DNA of 64,000 nt from an uncultured bacterium (lineage in GTDB: Bacteria; Desulfobacterota_D; UBA1144; Nemesobacterales; UBA2774), in NCBI GenBank assembly GCA_963705505.1, contig CAVPJU010000006.1, positions 480,001 through 544,000 of the forward strand, in the 5' to 3' direction. A program made the position numbers and the translations under genes. Each line of letters starts with the position of its first letter. Position 1 is the first letter of the stretch. Below, piece by piece: positions 8,915 through 19,049 of this stretch. The notes beneath the pieces are model-generated. The model was not told the origin of the DNA. It did not search any database and worked only from the letters and a program-made list of their open reading frames with translations.

Positions 8915-9565
8915 TTAGGCACCTTTGTCTACTTTCTCCAGTGAAATCACCGTTCCGTTCTCGACTTCCGCTATCACGAAGTCGCCGACAGCTATGCCCT
9001 TGAGTACCTCTTCATCCTGAAGCTTTAAGGAGTGTGTCTGTCCGTTTTCCTCTTTCAGCATCAGGCTGTCATTCTTTGCTCCTATTTGAGTGATCTCGCC
9101 TTTTATATTCTGCTCTTCCGCGGCTTTGTCGCTTTCACTCATGGCATCGCCGCTTTGACTCCGCTCAGACGAGCTCGCTTCACTCTGCTGGGCTGAGTGC
9201 TCTGCCTGCTGGGAAGTCGCTTCATTCTTTGCGGTAGAACCGGTTCCGTCCTGACTTGCAGGGATCGTCAGTTTCTGGCCCGCGAAGATCCGGTCGGGGT
9301 TTTGGATATTGTTAGCCCGTGCTATTTCCTGCCATTTATCGGAGGAGCCGAGCTCTGCTTCAGCAATACTTGCGAGCGTATCCCCGGACTTAACCGTATA
9401 CTCCTGTCCCCCGCCGCTGGGATTCGCGGCAGGATTCTGACGCGAGCTCTCGCTTTCCTGCATACTGTCTTGAGGATTTCCGTATTGATCGGCCGCATAA
9501 GCCGCACTTACTCCGCTGAGAGCAAGTCCTGTTACTAAAAGTGATGATAGAAATAAATGTCTCAT
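8915..9565 (-). CDS. Secreted LysM-domain protein
   Basis: Signal peptide (AAYA-A), LysM motif YTVKSGDTLASIA...WQEIARANNIQNPDRIFAGQKLTIP, S/E/Q-rich linker, small beta-rich C-terminal domain. Confidence 0.9.
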   Translation of the reverse strand: MRHLFLSSLLVTGLALSGVSAAYAADQYGNPQDSMQESESSRQNPAANPSGGGQEYTVKSGDTLASIAEAELGSSDKWQEIARANNIQNPDRIFAGQKLTIPASQDGTGSTAKNEATSQQAEHSAQQSEASSSERSQSGDAMSESDKAAEEQNIKGEITQIGAKNDSLMLKEENGQTHSLKLQDEEVLKGIAVGDFVIAEVENGTVISLEKVDKGA

Positions 9566-9608
9566 TGCTTAATACCTCCCTGGTATTAGGATTTTAATGA
9601 CTGTTAAC

Positions 9609-9625
9609 CGCAAGCTCCGTGCCAA
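9609..9625 (-). promoter_or_regulatory. sigma54 (-24/-12) promoter of the LysM gene
   Basis: Minus strand TTGGCACGGAGCTTGCG matches the TGGCAC-N5-TTGC consensus exactly. Confidence 0.85.
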
Positions 9626-9682
9626 CCGTGATAAATCTAAAATATTGCCAATGATGAACACCGCTTACTTTCACTCCGGATT

Positions 9683-9875
9683 GGAATGAAAAAAAGGAAA
9701 TCGTGAATTTAGTTGAATATGAGACAAACCGAGTTGTTTTAAACCGGACACTATCGGTTTTATTCCAGATATTGAGAGATCATTAATTTGGCTTTTTGAA
9801 AACATTGAATTTTCAGAAGGAAAAGCGGGCAGAAATATCTTTTACTTCAATTTCGATACGTGTTCGGAGATAAAT
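9683..9875 (+). repeat. Copy 1 of a ~190-bp imperfect direct repeat (regulatory region)
   Basis: Aligns by eye with 11419-11610 at roughly 80% identity. Confidence 0.9.
9711..9750. promoter_or_regulatory. Tandem enhancer-binding-protein sites upstream of the LysM sigma54 promoter
   Basis: AGT-N10-ACA at 9711 and TGT-N10-ACA at 9735, same 24-bp period as 8036/8060. Confidence 0.6.
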
Positions 9876-9930
9876 GAACTTAAGCCGCTCTCTTTGCCCA
9901 AATAATAAATAATTCATATCCTGAAAACGG

Positions 9931-9972
9931 GAGCGGGTTGTAAATACGAATTCTCGTATTTACAACCCGCTC
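9931..9972 (-). terminator. 19-bp perfect hairpin, probable terminator of the glycoside-hydrolase-like gene
   Basis: GAGCGGGTTGTAAATACGA-ATTC-TCGTATTTACAACCCGCTC; TTTT follows 3 nt later on the minus strand. Confidence 0.7.
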
Positions 9973-10022
9973 GACATTCAATCAGACTTATGGATTAAAG
10001 CATTATGCGTACATGAAGAAAG

Positions 10023-11418
10023 TTAAGGTGTTACAAAGATCTTACCCTTCTTCGGCTGCAAAGTGATGCTGCTCACGATACTTCCCGTTTCAACATCCCT
10101 GTAATTGCCTCCGAGTGAAATCGTGACAGTTTTCGTATCGCTGGGATTGACCACCACTTTGCCGAATTCCCACTCCCTCTGATACGCGCTATTCAAGTAA
10201 GCAAATATTTTAAGGGGCTTGCCCAGGTTTATGTTTTTTACCTTCTGAAGCAGGTCGTCCGGAAGGAAATTTTGCGCATAGGCCATGCCTCTTCCGTTTT
10301 CTCTGACAAGAAGAAGCGTGGAAAGAGCGTACCAGAAATCACCGAATCCGGTTTGAACAACCGGTTCCGCCCTTCTATTTTGGATCATGTCCTGAGCGGC
10401 CATCACTCTTCTCAACCAAATAGTTTCAGATTCAGGTTTTCCTTCCGGGTTGCTCGTCCATGTCTCAAAATAGGCATAATCCAGATACTGCATGAGTTGG
10501 GGATATATGTCTCTGTTAAAATATTCAGAATCGACATCGCTCCATATATTGGCAAAGTATTTTAGACCGCCTGCCTCGTTATCCGCCCTCTCTCTCAGCC
10601 TTATAGTGGCGTCCAAAACATCCTGCTCCCTTTCCTCACGAGTAAAAGGTTTTTTGGTAGCGGGGTTTACCGGCATCGCGCTCCATGCCCAGGGTGCGAA
10701 AACCAGGTAATTATCCAGGAACCTCATGTTCCATGCCCTATCGGTATACGTTCCCTGCCACCTTCCCCCTGCTATAGACGACGGGACTTTAATGAAATAG
10801 TTAAAATAAAAGTCGACAAAGTTCGGATTCCCGTGATCTAGAGCCTGCTCGGCCGGAATCCAGGGATGAATTACCACTGCTCCATTGATATCTTTAAGTA
10901 TCCATTCGGGGTTATTTTTCATTATATAGTCAGTTATATATGTCTCCACCCAGATTCCATGCAGTCTTTATTATTTGTGGAGTTTGTAAATCCCCAATTG
11001 TCGTAAGGACCGCAAAATTTAACGTGCGAACTATTCCTTATATAAGGGCACCAGGTTTGGGACGGTGTAGCACCCCACCAGGTCAGAACTATCTTGCAAT
11101 TGTTCTTTATCTTATCCGCCGTTTTGAATTGATCCGCATTAGCGTTGGTCCGATTCGGCAACGAATAAGTGGAACAGGCCAGTTCTACGCTCGGAGAATC
11201 GGCACCCGATACGGGAGGAGGAGTTGGGGTTGGGGCAGGCGAACCAACGGGTGGGGGTGTGGGCGTCGGCGCGGGGGTTTGCGTAGGTCTCGGAGTCGGA
11301 ACGGGGTCGGTGTCGGTGCGGGTGTCGGCGTAGGTACGGGGGTCGGGACTGGCTGCGGCGATAAAGTTATGCCGTTATTGATTGCCAATGATGATGCCGA
11401 TTGCTCTGATATCAGACC
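10023..11418 (-). pseudogene. 5'-truncated, frameshifted putative glycoside hydrolase (GHL15-like) with Pro/Thr linker
   Basis: Three ORF pieces join by single-base shifts at ~11303 and ~10957; PTP linker, then NPEWILKDING, WQGTYTD, YQREWEFGKVVVNP and TLQPKKGKIF motifs; no start codon or signal peptide before repeat copy 2. Family assignment is from motif recall. Confidence 0.6.
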
Positions 11419-11610
11419 GGAATGTAAAAAAGAAAATCCTGAGATTAGTTTAATATGAGACAGTAGGAGTTGTTTGAAACCAGACAATGCCGGCTTTTTT
11501 CAGATATTCAGAGATTGTTAATTTCACTTTTTGAAAACATTTAATTTTCAGAAAGAAAAACGGGTAGAATTATCCTTTGGTTCTATTTCGATACGGGTTG
11601 GGAGATAAAT
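11419..11610 (+). repeat. Copy 2 of the ~190-bp imperfect direct repeat, directly upstream of the histidine kinase
   Basis: Aligns with 9683-9875 and ends in the GGAG RBS of the kinase. Confidence 0.9.
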
Positions 11611-11613
11611 TAA

Positions 11614-12882
11614 TTGAAGCTCAGTAAGCAGATCAGACTCGGGTTCGGCCTCATGCTGGTTCTCATGGTAATTATCGGGGGCCTTTTCGTATTCAACGTG
11701 TACAGATTGAACGAAGCGGCTTCAAATCTTGAAGGACGCTATTCCACGTTGTACAAATTGTTCTCGAATCCCGACAGTCAAATAAAATCAGACCCCGGAT
11801 TCGGGAAGGAGATCGTGGACAGGGCGGTAACACTGGTGGATCAACAGCTTAAATATAATTATACATACGTGCTGATAATAGTAGGCGTCTCACTCGTTTT
11901 CGGCGGGATAATAGCGATTCTCTTCCCGGCCAAGATCACAAAACCGATAGAGCGTCTGATAACGGTAACAAAAACGGTCAAGAAGGGGGATTACTCTTAC
12001 AGGATCAAGAGCGTAGGGGAAGCGGACGAGATCTCCGTATTAGCCGGCTCGTTTAACGAAATGCTGCAGAATATCGAAATCACTCACAAGAGCAACCTGG
12101 AACTTATAGAGCAGACAAAAAGATTCAATGAAACTTTGACTGAGAGGGTGGAAGAGGCGACCCGTGCGATAAGGGACCAGCAGAACGAGCTTATCAAAAC
12201 CGAGAGGCTGGCTACGATAGGGGAGTTTGCGGCGCGGATAGCGCACGAGATTAAAAACCCGCTGTCGGGTATAACCGTAGCGCTCGAAATGATGAACAGC
12301 AAATCGGAGGACCAGGGCCAGCAGCAGTCTATCTCGGAAGTCTTAAATGAAGTCAGGAGGCTCGACCGTATTTTAAAAGAGCTCCTCCAGCTTTCGATTC
12401 CCAAGGAAATGGACTTCAGGAGAGCGGACCCCAACGATGTGGTGGAAAGGTCGGTCATATTGGTAAATCCGAGAGCGGATGAAAAGGGAGTGACGATCGA
12501 AACGAAACTCAACTGCGATGAGGAATACAACCTCGATTATGAACAGTGTCAGCAGGTCGTCATTAATCTATTGATAAACGGCATCGATGCGGTTAAGCCC
12601 GGGGAGGGGAAGGTAACCGTCGAGACCGGGAGCGTCCAGGGAGAGCTTCGTATAAGCGTTACCGATACCGGTCATGGTATATCGCGGGATGAGATGGACA
12701 AGGTATTCGAACCCTTTTATACGAGCAAGAAGCAGGGGACCGGGCTCGGGCTTGCTATATCCAAAAGAATCATCGAAGCGCACAAAGGTGAAATTACGGT
12801 TTCTAGCGAAGAGGGGAAAGGGTCGACTTTTACAGTCATTATACCCCGGAGTGCTGAAGGGAGAGCCAAAATAACCGTCTAG
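11614..12882 (+). CDS. HAMP-domain sensor histidine kinase (NtrB/AtoS-like)
   Basis: Two transmembrane helices, HAMP, H-box AHEIKNPL, N-box NLLING, DTGHG, FEPFYTSK, GTGLGL. Confidence 0.95.
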   Translation: MKLSKQIRLGFGLMLVLMVIIGGLFVFNVYRLNEAASNLEGRYSTLYKLFSNPDSQIKSDPGFGKEIVDRAVTLVDQQLKYNYTYVLIIVGVSLVFGGIIAILFPAKITKPIERLITVTKTVKKGDYSYRIKSVGEADEISVLAGSFNEMLQNIEITHKSNLELIEQTKRFNETLTERVEEATRAIRDQQNELIKTERLATIGEFAARIAHEIKNPLSGITVALEMMNSKSEDQGQQQSISEVLNEVRRLDRILKELLQLSIPKEMDFRRADPNDVVERSVILVNPRADEKGVTIETKLNCDEEYNLDYEQCQQVVINLLINGIDAVKPGEGKVTVETGSVQGELRISVTDTGHGISRDEMDKVFEPFYTSKKQGTGLGLAISKRIIEAHKGEITVSSEEGKGSTFTVIIPRSAEGRAKITV

Positions 12883-12944
12883 CGCTTCGAATAAAGTAAG
12901 TTTAAGATATAAAACCCGATATTGTTTTTTAAGAGGAATAAAGA

Positions 12945-14321
12945 GTGAGCCAACTGATACTGATAATCGACGATGAGGAGTTCCTTTGTAAAAAATTGAG
13001 TGAAAGTCTCGAGGATGAGGGATTCCTTGTGAGCACGGCGAATAACGGAGAGACAGGGCTGCTTTTGGCCAGGAGGGATAGTCCGGATCTCATTCTGCTC
13101 GACCTCAAGCTACCGGATATGGACGGGATCGAGGCACTGGGCCAGATAGATAATATGGACCCTCGCCCTGTAACAATACTTATGAGCGGGCACGGCAATG
13201 TGGACATGGCGGTCTCTGCGATCAAGAAGGGCGCTTACGATTTTGTAGAGAAGCCTTTTTCACTAGACAAATTAAAAATAATCGTCAAGAACGCCCTCGA
13301 TAACGTCAGACTCAAGAGAAGCCTCGATACGAGGTTAAGGAGCGAGCAGAAGCAATACGGGTTTCATTCGTTAATCGGAAAGAGCGATGCGATAAGGAAT
13401 ATTATAGAATTATTCGAGAAGCTGATTACGACGGACCCTAAAACCATTCTGATAGGCGGGGAAAGCGGGACAGGTAAGGGCCTTGCGGCGAAGGTGCTTC
13501 ACCATAACGGCGTAAGAGCGCAAAAGCCGATAATAGAGCTCAACTGTGCGGCGATACCGGAGACGCTCCTTGAAAGCGAGTTATTCGGACACGAGGCGGG
13601 CTCCTTCACGGACGCGAAGAAGATGAAGACGGGCATATTCGAGGACGCGAACGGCGGCACTATTTTTCTCGATGAGATAGGGGATATGAGCCTCTCTCTT
13701 CAGGCGAAACTGGTCAAGGTGGTTGAGGAGAGGACCTTCAGGAGAATCGGCGGTAAGAGGGATATCAAGGTTGACGTAAGAGTGATAGCTGCAACGAACC
13801 AGGACCTCAAAGAGCTCGTGGATAAGAATTTATTCAGGGAAGACCTTTATCACAGGCTGAATGTTATAAATTTCGCGATGCCGAGTTTGAGAGAGCGAAA
13901 GGAGGACATACCGCTTCTTACCGAACATTTCGTCAACTACTTCAATATGGACCTTAATAAAAACATAAAGCATATCCCTGAGGAGATCGAAAAGGCATTT
14001 ATGAGCTACCAGTGGCCGGGCAACGTGCGGGAGCTGAGGAGCGCTATAGAGAGGGCAGTTTTACTGAGCGAGGGAGACACTCTCAATCCGAAGTATGTAC
14101 AGATAGACGAGCAGAGCAAGGGGGTCAAAATTCAGGGTGACGAGCATAAGATGTTTTTCGAGCTCGACCTCGATAAGCTCACCCTCGAGGCCGTGGAGGA
14201 AATGGTTATTAAAAAAGCGCTTGAGCTCAACAACTGGAACCAGACCAAGGCCGCTGAGATGCTGGGGGTTACGAGGCAGGTGCTGCGGAACAGGATGATT
14301 AAGATGGACCTTCTGAATTAA
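12945..14321 (+). CDS. sigma54-dependent response regulator (NtrC/AtoC family)
   Basis: Receiver IIDDE/LLDLKLP, Walker A GESGTGK, ESELFGHEAGSFTDA (GAFTGA variant), FLDEIG, WPGNVREL, Fis-type HTH. Confidence 0.96.
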   Translation: MSQLILIIDDEEFLCKKLSESLEDEGFLVSTANNGETGLLLARRDSPDLILLDLKLPDMDGIEALGQIDNMDPRPVTILMSGHGNVDMAVSAIKKGAYDFVEKPFSLDKLKIIVKNALDNVRLKRSLDTRLRSEQKQYGFHSLIGKSDAIRNIIELFEKLITTDPKTILIGGESGTGKGLAAKVLHHNGVRAQKPIIELNCAAIPETLLESELFGHEAGSFTDAKKMKTGIFEDANGGTIFLDEIGDMSLSLQAKLVKVVEERTFRRIGGKRDIKVDVRVIAATNQDLKELVDKNLFREDLYHRLNVINFAMPSLRERKEDIPLLTEHFVNYFNMDLNKNIKHIPEEIEKAFMSYQWPGNVRELRSAIERAVLLSEGDTLNPKYVQIDEQSKGVKIQGDEHKMFFELDLDKLTLEAVEEMVIKKALELNNWNQTKAAEMLGVTRQVLRNRMIKMDLLN

Positions 14322-14550
14322 TATATATATTTTACCTATGGGCAGTTCTTACGGATTTGAGGCGGAACATTTAACAATCCGAACTACAACAATTTCATAC
14401 TCGCATTTAATTTAATATTTCCTGAATAAAAATAAGATAGATTGTTTCCGCCTGATTCGATCGGCTTTGAGCTTTCGGAGAAAAAATTGTAATATGTCGT
14501 TTTATAGTTCCGGTTTGTAACGAACCGAGCCTGACTCAAGGAGTGACTAA

Positions 14551-14820
14551 ATGGGATTCATGGAGATTATATCATGGATTATATTCGGTCTTGCCGCAGG
14601 AGCGGTGGCAAAGCTGCTGATGCCCGGAAAGGACCCAGGAGGTTTCGTCGGGACTGTCATCATCGGAATAGTCGGAGCGCTGGTTGGCGGATATGGGGCG
14701 AAAATACTTTCCATAGGACAGGGGGTTAAGCCGGGATTCGATATTAAAAGCTTTACGTTTGCGGTTATAGGCTCGATATTGCTGCTGATTGTATATCGTT
14801 TTGTTAAAGGTAAAGGGTGA
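14551..14820 (+). CDS. GlsB/YeaQ/YmgE family stress-response membrane protein
   Basis: WIIFGLAAGAVAKLLMPGKDPGG...GIVGALVGG...AVIGSILLL. Confidence 0.9.
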   Translation: MGFMEIISWIIFGLAAGAVAKLLMPGKDPGGFVGTVIIGIVGALVGGYGAKILSIGQGVKPGFDIKSFTFAVIGSILLLIVYRFVKGKG

Positions 14821-14879
14821 CGAATCATGTTCCCTGATCTCCTTTAATTGGTGAATATTCGTATGCCTCTCTGATTACA

Positions 14880-15638
14880 ATGCCAAGATTAGAAAAAGTC
14901 GTCCGGTTCCTGGACGATTATCTCAAAACAGACGACGTGAAGGATTCCTCCTGGAACGGACTCCAGTTCGAGGGGAGGAGTGCGGTAAAGAAGATTGCCT
15001 TCGCCGTGGACGCGGGCGTCGAGAGTTTCAAAGAGGCGGTAAAACAAAATGCTGATTTACTCGTCGTGCATCACGGTCATTTCTGGGATTTCCGTAACCC
15101 CTCGATAGCCGGCTGGGCGAAGGAAAGGGTCAAAATTCTCTACGAGAATGATATTTCCTTATACTGTAGCCACAACCCCCTCGACAGGCACAGGGAGGTC
15201 GGACATAACGCAGAGCTTCTGAGGCTGCTCGGCGCAAAGATAACGGACGAGTTCTTTCTCTATCACGGCAGAAATATAGGCTGGATAGGGGAGTGCAGGA
15301 AGGGGCTTCCGCTCAAAGGAATCGAGGAGAAGCTCAACCGGGAGCTGAGTACGGTATGCAGGGTGCTCCCCTTCGGGAGGGAAAAGGTGAGGACAATCGC
15401 CGTCTGCAGCGGCGGGGGGAGCTACAGCGGGTTTTACAATGCCCTCGACGCGGGGGTCGATTTATACATCACGGGGGACTCAGTCGAGATATACCACACG
15501 GCTAAGGATGCCGGGATAAACGTAATATTCGCCGGACACCACGCGACTGAAACACTAGGGTTAAAAGCTCTGTCCCGGGTTCTAGGTAAAGAGTTTGATA
15601 TAGAGACCGTTTTTATCGACCTGCCGACGGGATTGTGA
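14880..15638 (+). CDS. Nif3-like dinuclear metal-center hexameric protein (YbgI family)
   Basis: NGLQFEG, VHHG, H.PLD.H...GHN, SGGG and AGHHATE motifs. Confidence 0.93.
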   Translation: MPRLEKVVRFLDDYLKTDDVKDSSWNGLQFEGRSAVKKIAFAVDAGVESFKEAVKQNADLLVVHHGHFWDFRNPSIAGWAKERVKILYENDISLYCSHNPLDRHREVGHNAELLRLLGAKITDEFFLYHGRNIGWIGECRKGLPLKGIEEKLNRELSTVCRVLPFGREKVRTIAVCSGGGSYSGFYNALDAGVDLYITGDSVEIYHTAKDAGINVIFAGHHATETLGLKALSRVLGKEFDIETVFIDLPTGL

Positions 15639-15685
15639 AAGATTGCCCGCTCGGATTTCACCCGGTTCCCGTCCCCCCGGTTCAA

Positions 15686-15714
15686 TTGACAAAACATGCT
15701 CTAAGTCTTAGAAT
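15686..15714 (+). promoter_or_regulatory. sigma70 promoter of leuA
   Basis: TTGACA-N17-TAGAAT, 26 nt upstream of the ATG. Confidence 0.75.
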
Positions 15715-15740
15715 AATTTAGATTTGAGGAGGCGTAAGAG

Positions 15741-17288
15741 ATGGGCAGCGAGAATATGGTAAAGATATTCGATACGACTTTAAGGGACGGAGAGCAGGCC
15801 CCGGGCTGCGGTATGACCGCGGAAGAGAAGTTGAGGGTAGCTCACCAGCTCGAGAAGCTCGGCGTCGATGTCATCGAAGCCGGGTTCCCCATTTCTTCGG
15901 AAGGGGATTTCCAGTCCGTAAAAATCATAGCCGAAAAGATACGCGGGTGTGAGATAGCGGGTCTCTGCAGGGCTAATTTCAACGACATAGACAGGGGCTG
16001 GGAGGCGGTCAAGGATGCCGAGTACCCGAGGATTCATACTTTTATCGCAACCTCCGACATACATCTCAAACATAAGCTCAGAAAATCGAGGGACGAGGTG
16101 TTAGAGATCATCAGCACCGCGGTCAAGCATGCGAGACACTATACCGAAAACGTCGAGTTCTCGTGCGAAGACGCGACGAGGACGGATATCGATTATCTCT
16201 GCAGGGCGGTGGACGTCGCTGTAAGGTCGGGCGCAAAGATAATAAACATCCCGGACACCGTCGGATACACGGTCCCCGAAGAGTTTTCGTTCATAATCAG
16301 GACGCTCAAGGAAAAGGTCCCCGGCTTGGACGGCGTTATTCTAAGCGTCCACTGCCATAACGACCTCGGGCTCGCCGTGGCGAATTCCATAGCGGCCATC
16401 AGGGAAGGAGCAAGACAGGTCGAGTGCACGATCAACGGGCTCGGAGAGAGGGCGGGGAACGCCTCGCTCGAAGAGATCGTAATGGGGCTCAAGGTCAGGA
16501 ATGACCGTAATCCCTACCTGACGAGAATAAACACGGACCAGTTATACCCGACGAGCAGGCTTGTCTCACAGGTCACGGGTGTGAATGTGCAGCCCAATAA
16601 GGCGATCGTCGGGGCAAACGCTTTCGCCCACGAAGCGGGGATTCATCAGGACGGCGTGCTCAAGGAAAGGATCACGTATGAAATCATGGATCCGGCGGAA
16701 GTCGGCATTCCTTCAAACAAGCTTATCCTGGGAAAGCACTCCGGCAGGCACGCTTTTAAAGACCGCCTCGAGGAGTACGGATATTTCCTGGACGACAAGG
16801 TGTTCGAGAGCGCCTTCAAGAAGTTCAAGGACCTAGCGGACAAGAAAAAATACGTATTCGACGAGGACATCGAAGCCCTTATAAGCGAAGAGTTCGTCCG
16901 ATCGTCCGATTTTTACAAACTGATATCCGCAAATTATTCGGGCGGGTCTGATATGCAGCCCGTTGCCACCGTGAAGCTGCTCATAGACGGGAAGGAAGTT
17001 ACCATCTCCGAAAGCGGGGACGGCCCGGTGGATGCGGCGTATCAGGCGGTATCCAAAGCCACCGGACTCAATCCAACCCTGGAGAACTACGTAGTCGCCT
17101 CTATAACCGAGGGGATCGACGCACAGGGAGAGGTCACGGTCAGGGTTGAAGACGAAGGGGTCATCACCCAGGGCCAGGGATCGAACACCGATATTGTGGT
17201 TGCGAGCGTAAAGGCATACGTCAACGCCCTCAACAAGCTCCGCTGGCGTAAAGAGCATCCGAAAAGGGTTACGTCCCAGGGGATGTAA
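15741..17288 (+). CDS. leuA: 2-isopropylmalate synthase
   Basis: IFDTTLRDGEQ, HCHNDLG, GERAGN, AHEAGIHQDG, LGKHSGRHA, regulatory GDGPVDA. Confidence 0.97.
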   Translation: MGSENMVKIFDTTLRDGEQAPGCGMTAEEKLRVAHQLEKLGVDVIEAGFPISSEGDFQSVKIIAEKIRGCEIAGLCRANFNDIDRGWEAVKDAEYPRIHTFIATSDIHLKHKLRKSRDEVLEIISTAVKHARHYTENVEFSCEDATRTDIDYLCRAVDVAVRSGAKIINIPDTVGYTVPEEFSFIIRTLKEKVPGLDGVILSVHCHNDLGLAVANSIAAIREGARQVECTINGLGERAGNASLEEIVMGLKVRNDRNPYLTRINTDQLYPTSRLVSQVTGVNVQPNKAIVGANAFAHEAGIHQDGVLKERITYEIMDPAEVGIPSNKLILGKHSGRHAFKDRLEEYGYFLDDKVFESAFKKFKDLADKKKYVFDEDIEALISEEFVRSSDFYKLISANYSGGSDMQPVATVKLLIDGKEVTISESGDGPVDAAYQAVSKATGLNPTLENYVVASITEGIDAQGEVTVRVEDEGVITQGQGSNTDIVVASVKAYVNALNKLRWRKEHPKRVTSQGM

Positions 17289-17360
17289 GGCCTCCTAAAC
17301 TCTCATAGTCTGAGTTCCCGCAACTAAATCGACGGACATGCTATATACTTACTTGGAGTT

Positions 17361-18827
17361 ATGGCGTTCCCCACTAAAGCTATCGAAAATTTTATAAAAG
17401 CGGGATACCCGATCCTTTACCTCGTGTCTTGGGAGGAGGAGCGTGTCGAGAATACGCTCAAGTCGATCGGCAAAAATATCTACGGAGATTCGGGTAAATT
17501 CCAGGTGTGGACGTGCGCCGAAGGTTTTAGAGAAGGCTCTGAAAACCTCGTAAAAGCCCTCGACAGAGTAATGGTAGAACAGGTTAAGGGATTTTACATA
17601 TTTAAGGATGTGAATTATTTTCTGGACGACCCCAGGCTTGTAAGAAAACTGAAAGACGCCTATCAGAAGCTTAGAAAATCATCAAATACAATATTCATAC
17701 TCTCCAGTTCGCTCTCGATTCCGACCGAGCTGGAGAAGGAAGTGACGGTTATCGATATAGATCTCCCCGACAGGGCGGAGACCGGGAAGATATTCGATTT
17801 CATCATCAAGTCGTATACACAGGAGAGCGTGCAGAATTCGATGAAGTCTAATTTCAAAGAAGCGGCTATCAACGCCCTTCAGGGGCTGGGCGCGCTCGAG
17901 ATGGAGCTTGCGTTGAGGAGGACTCTCGTGGGCAGGGACGAGCTGGGGGAGGACGCAGTAGACGCGCTACTCGAAGAGAAGGCGCAGCTCGTGAGGAAAT
18001 CCGGGTCTCTGGATTTCGTAAGGAGCCGGGTCGACATAGATAAAGTCGGCGGGCTCGAAAATATAAAGGAATGGCTCAACGTGAGGCGGCTTGCCTTTTC
18101 GAGCGAGGCGAAGGAATTCGGACTCGATACGCCCAAGGGCATCCTGCTTATGGGTATAAGCGGGTGCGGGAAGAGCCTCTGCGCGAAGGCGATAGCGACG
18201 GCGTGGAGCCTGCCGCTCCTGAGGCTCGATCTCAACCAGGTCTATAGTAATACGTTAGGGAGCCCCGAGGAGGCGTTCCGCAAGGCGATAAAGACAGTAG
18301 AAGCGAGCGCCCCGTGCGTTCTCTGGATAGACGAGATCGAGGCCGGGATAACGAGGAGCGGGGAGAAGTCCGCGGACAGTCCCACTTCGAGGATATTCGG
18401 GTACTTCCTCACATGGATGCAGGAAAAGGCCTATCCCGTTTTCGTTACGGCGACGGCGAACCAGATAGATTTGCTTCCTCCCGAGATATTGAGAAAGGGA
18501 CGGTTTGACGAAATTTTCTTTATCACGCTCCCTAACCAGAAGGAGAGGAAGGAGATTTTCAGAATCCACCTTCAGAACCGCGGGAAGAACCCTGAGAGCT
18601 TCGATCTCGATTCGCTCGCCAAGAATACGGAGGGGCTGAGCGGAGCCGAGATTGAGCAGGCGGTGATATCTGCGCTCTTCGAGTCGTATGCCAAGGGGAA
18701 GGAGCTTGACGACAGAGAGCTTATAATCGCGTCTTCGTCGATAGTCCCCCTCTCGACTACGATGAGGGAGGAGATTTCGAAGCTCGAGCGCTGGGCTTCG
18801 AACAGGGCGGTGAAGGCTTCGCGGTGA
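17361..18827 (+). CDS. Ycf46-like AAA+ ATPase
   Basis: YPILYLVSWEEERV N-terminal domain, VGGLENIKEWL, GISGCGKS, LWIDE, LRKGRFDEIFF, VPLS.TM.E.I..L..WA..RA. Confidence 0.88.
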   Translation: MAFPTKAIENFIKAGYPILYLVSWEEERVENTLKSIGKNIYGDSGKFQVWTCAEGFREGSENLVKALDRVMVEQVKGFYIFKDVNYFLDDPRLVRKLKDAYQKLRKSSNTIFILSSSLSIPTELEKEVTVIDIDLPDRAETGKIFDFIIKSYTQESVQNSMKSNFKEAAINALQGLGALEMELALRRTLVGRDELGEDAVDALLEEKAQLVRKSGSLDFVRSRVDIDKVGGLENIKEWLNVRRLAFSSEAKEFGLDTPKGILLMGISGCGKSLCAKAIATAWSLPLLRLDLNQVYSNTLGSPEEAFRKAIKTVEASAPCVLWIDEIEAGITRSGEKSADSPTSRIFGYFLTWMQEKAYPVFVTATANQIDLLPPEILRKGRFDEIFFITLPNQKERKEIFRIHLQNRGKNPESFDLDSLAKNTEGLSGAEIEQAVISALFESYAKGKELDDRELIIASSSIVPLSTTMREEISKLERWASNRAVKASR

Positions 18828-18890
18828 TTTTTCCGATGTTTCTTTCCAGTTGCAAAAAATTCATATAAAATCCATAGCAATCACAGACGT

Positions 18891-18967
18891 GGGGATGTAG
18901 CTCAGCTTGGGAGAGCGCCGCGTTCGCAACGCGGAGGTCGGGGGTTCGATTCCCGTCATCTCCACCA
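18891..18967 (+). tRNA. tRNA-Ala (anticodon CGC)
   Basis: GGGGATG/CATCTCC acceptor with G3:U70, CCGCG-TTCGCAA-CGCGG anticodon arm, TTCGATT loop, CCA; one G.G mismatch in the T-stem. Confidence 0.93.
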
Positions 18968-19049
18968 GTAAATTCAGCCAGTTAGAGCCAAACGTCCTTT
19001 CAAACATTCAGCTGCTTCAGAGGATTAGATGAGTGAGATATTTCTTAAT

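Noticed and set aside
11215..11360. Short tandem repeats as a possible array
   Set aside because: They encode a Pro/Thr linker; periodicity is codon-level
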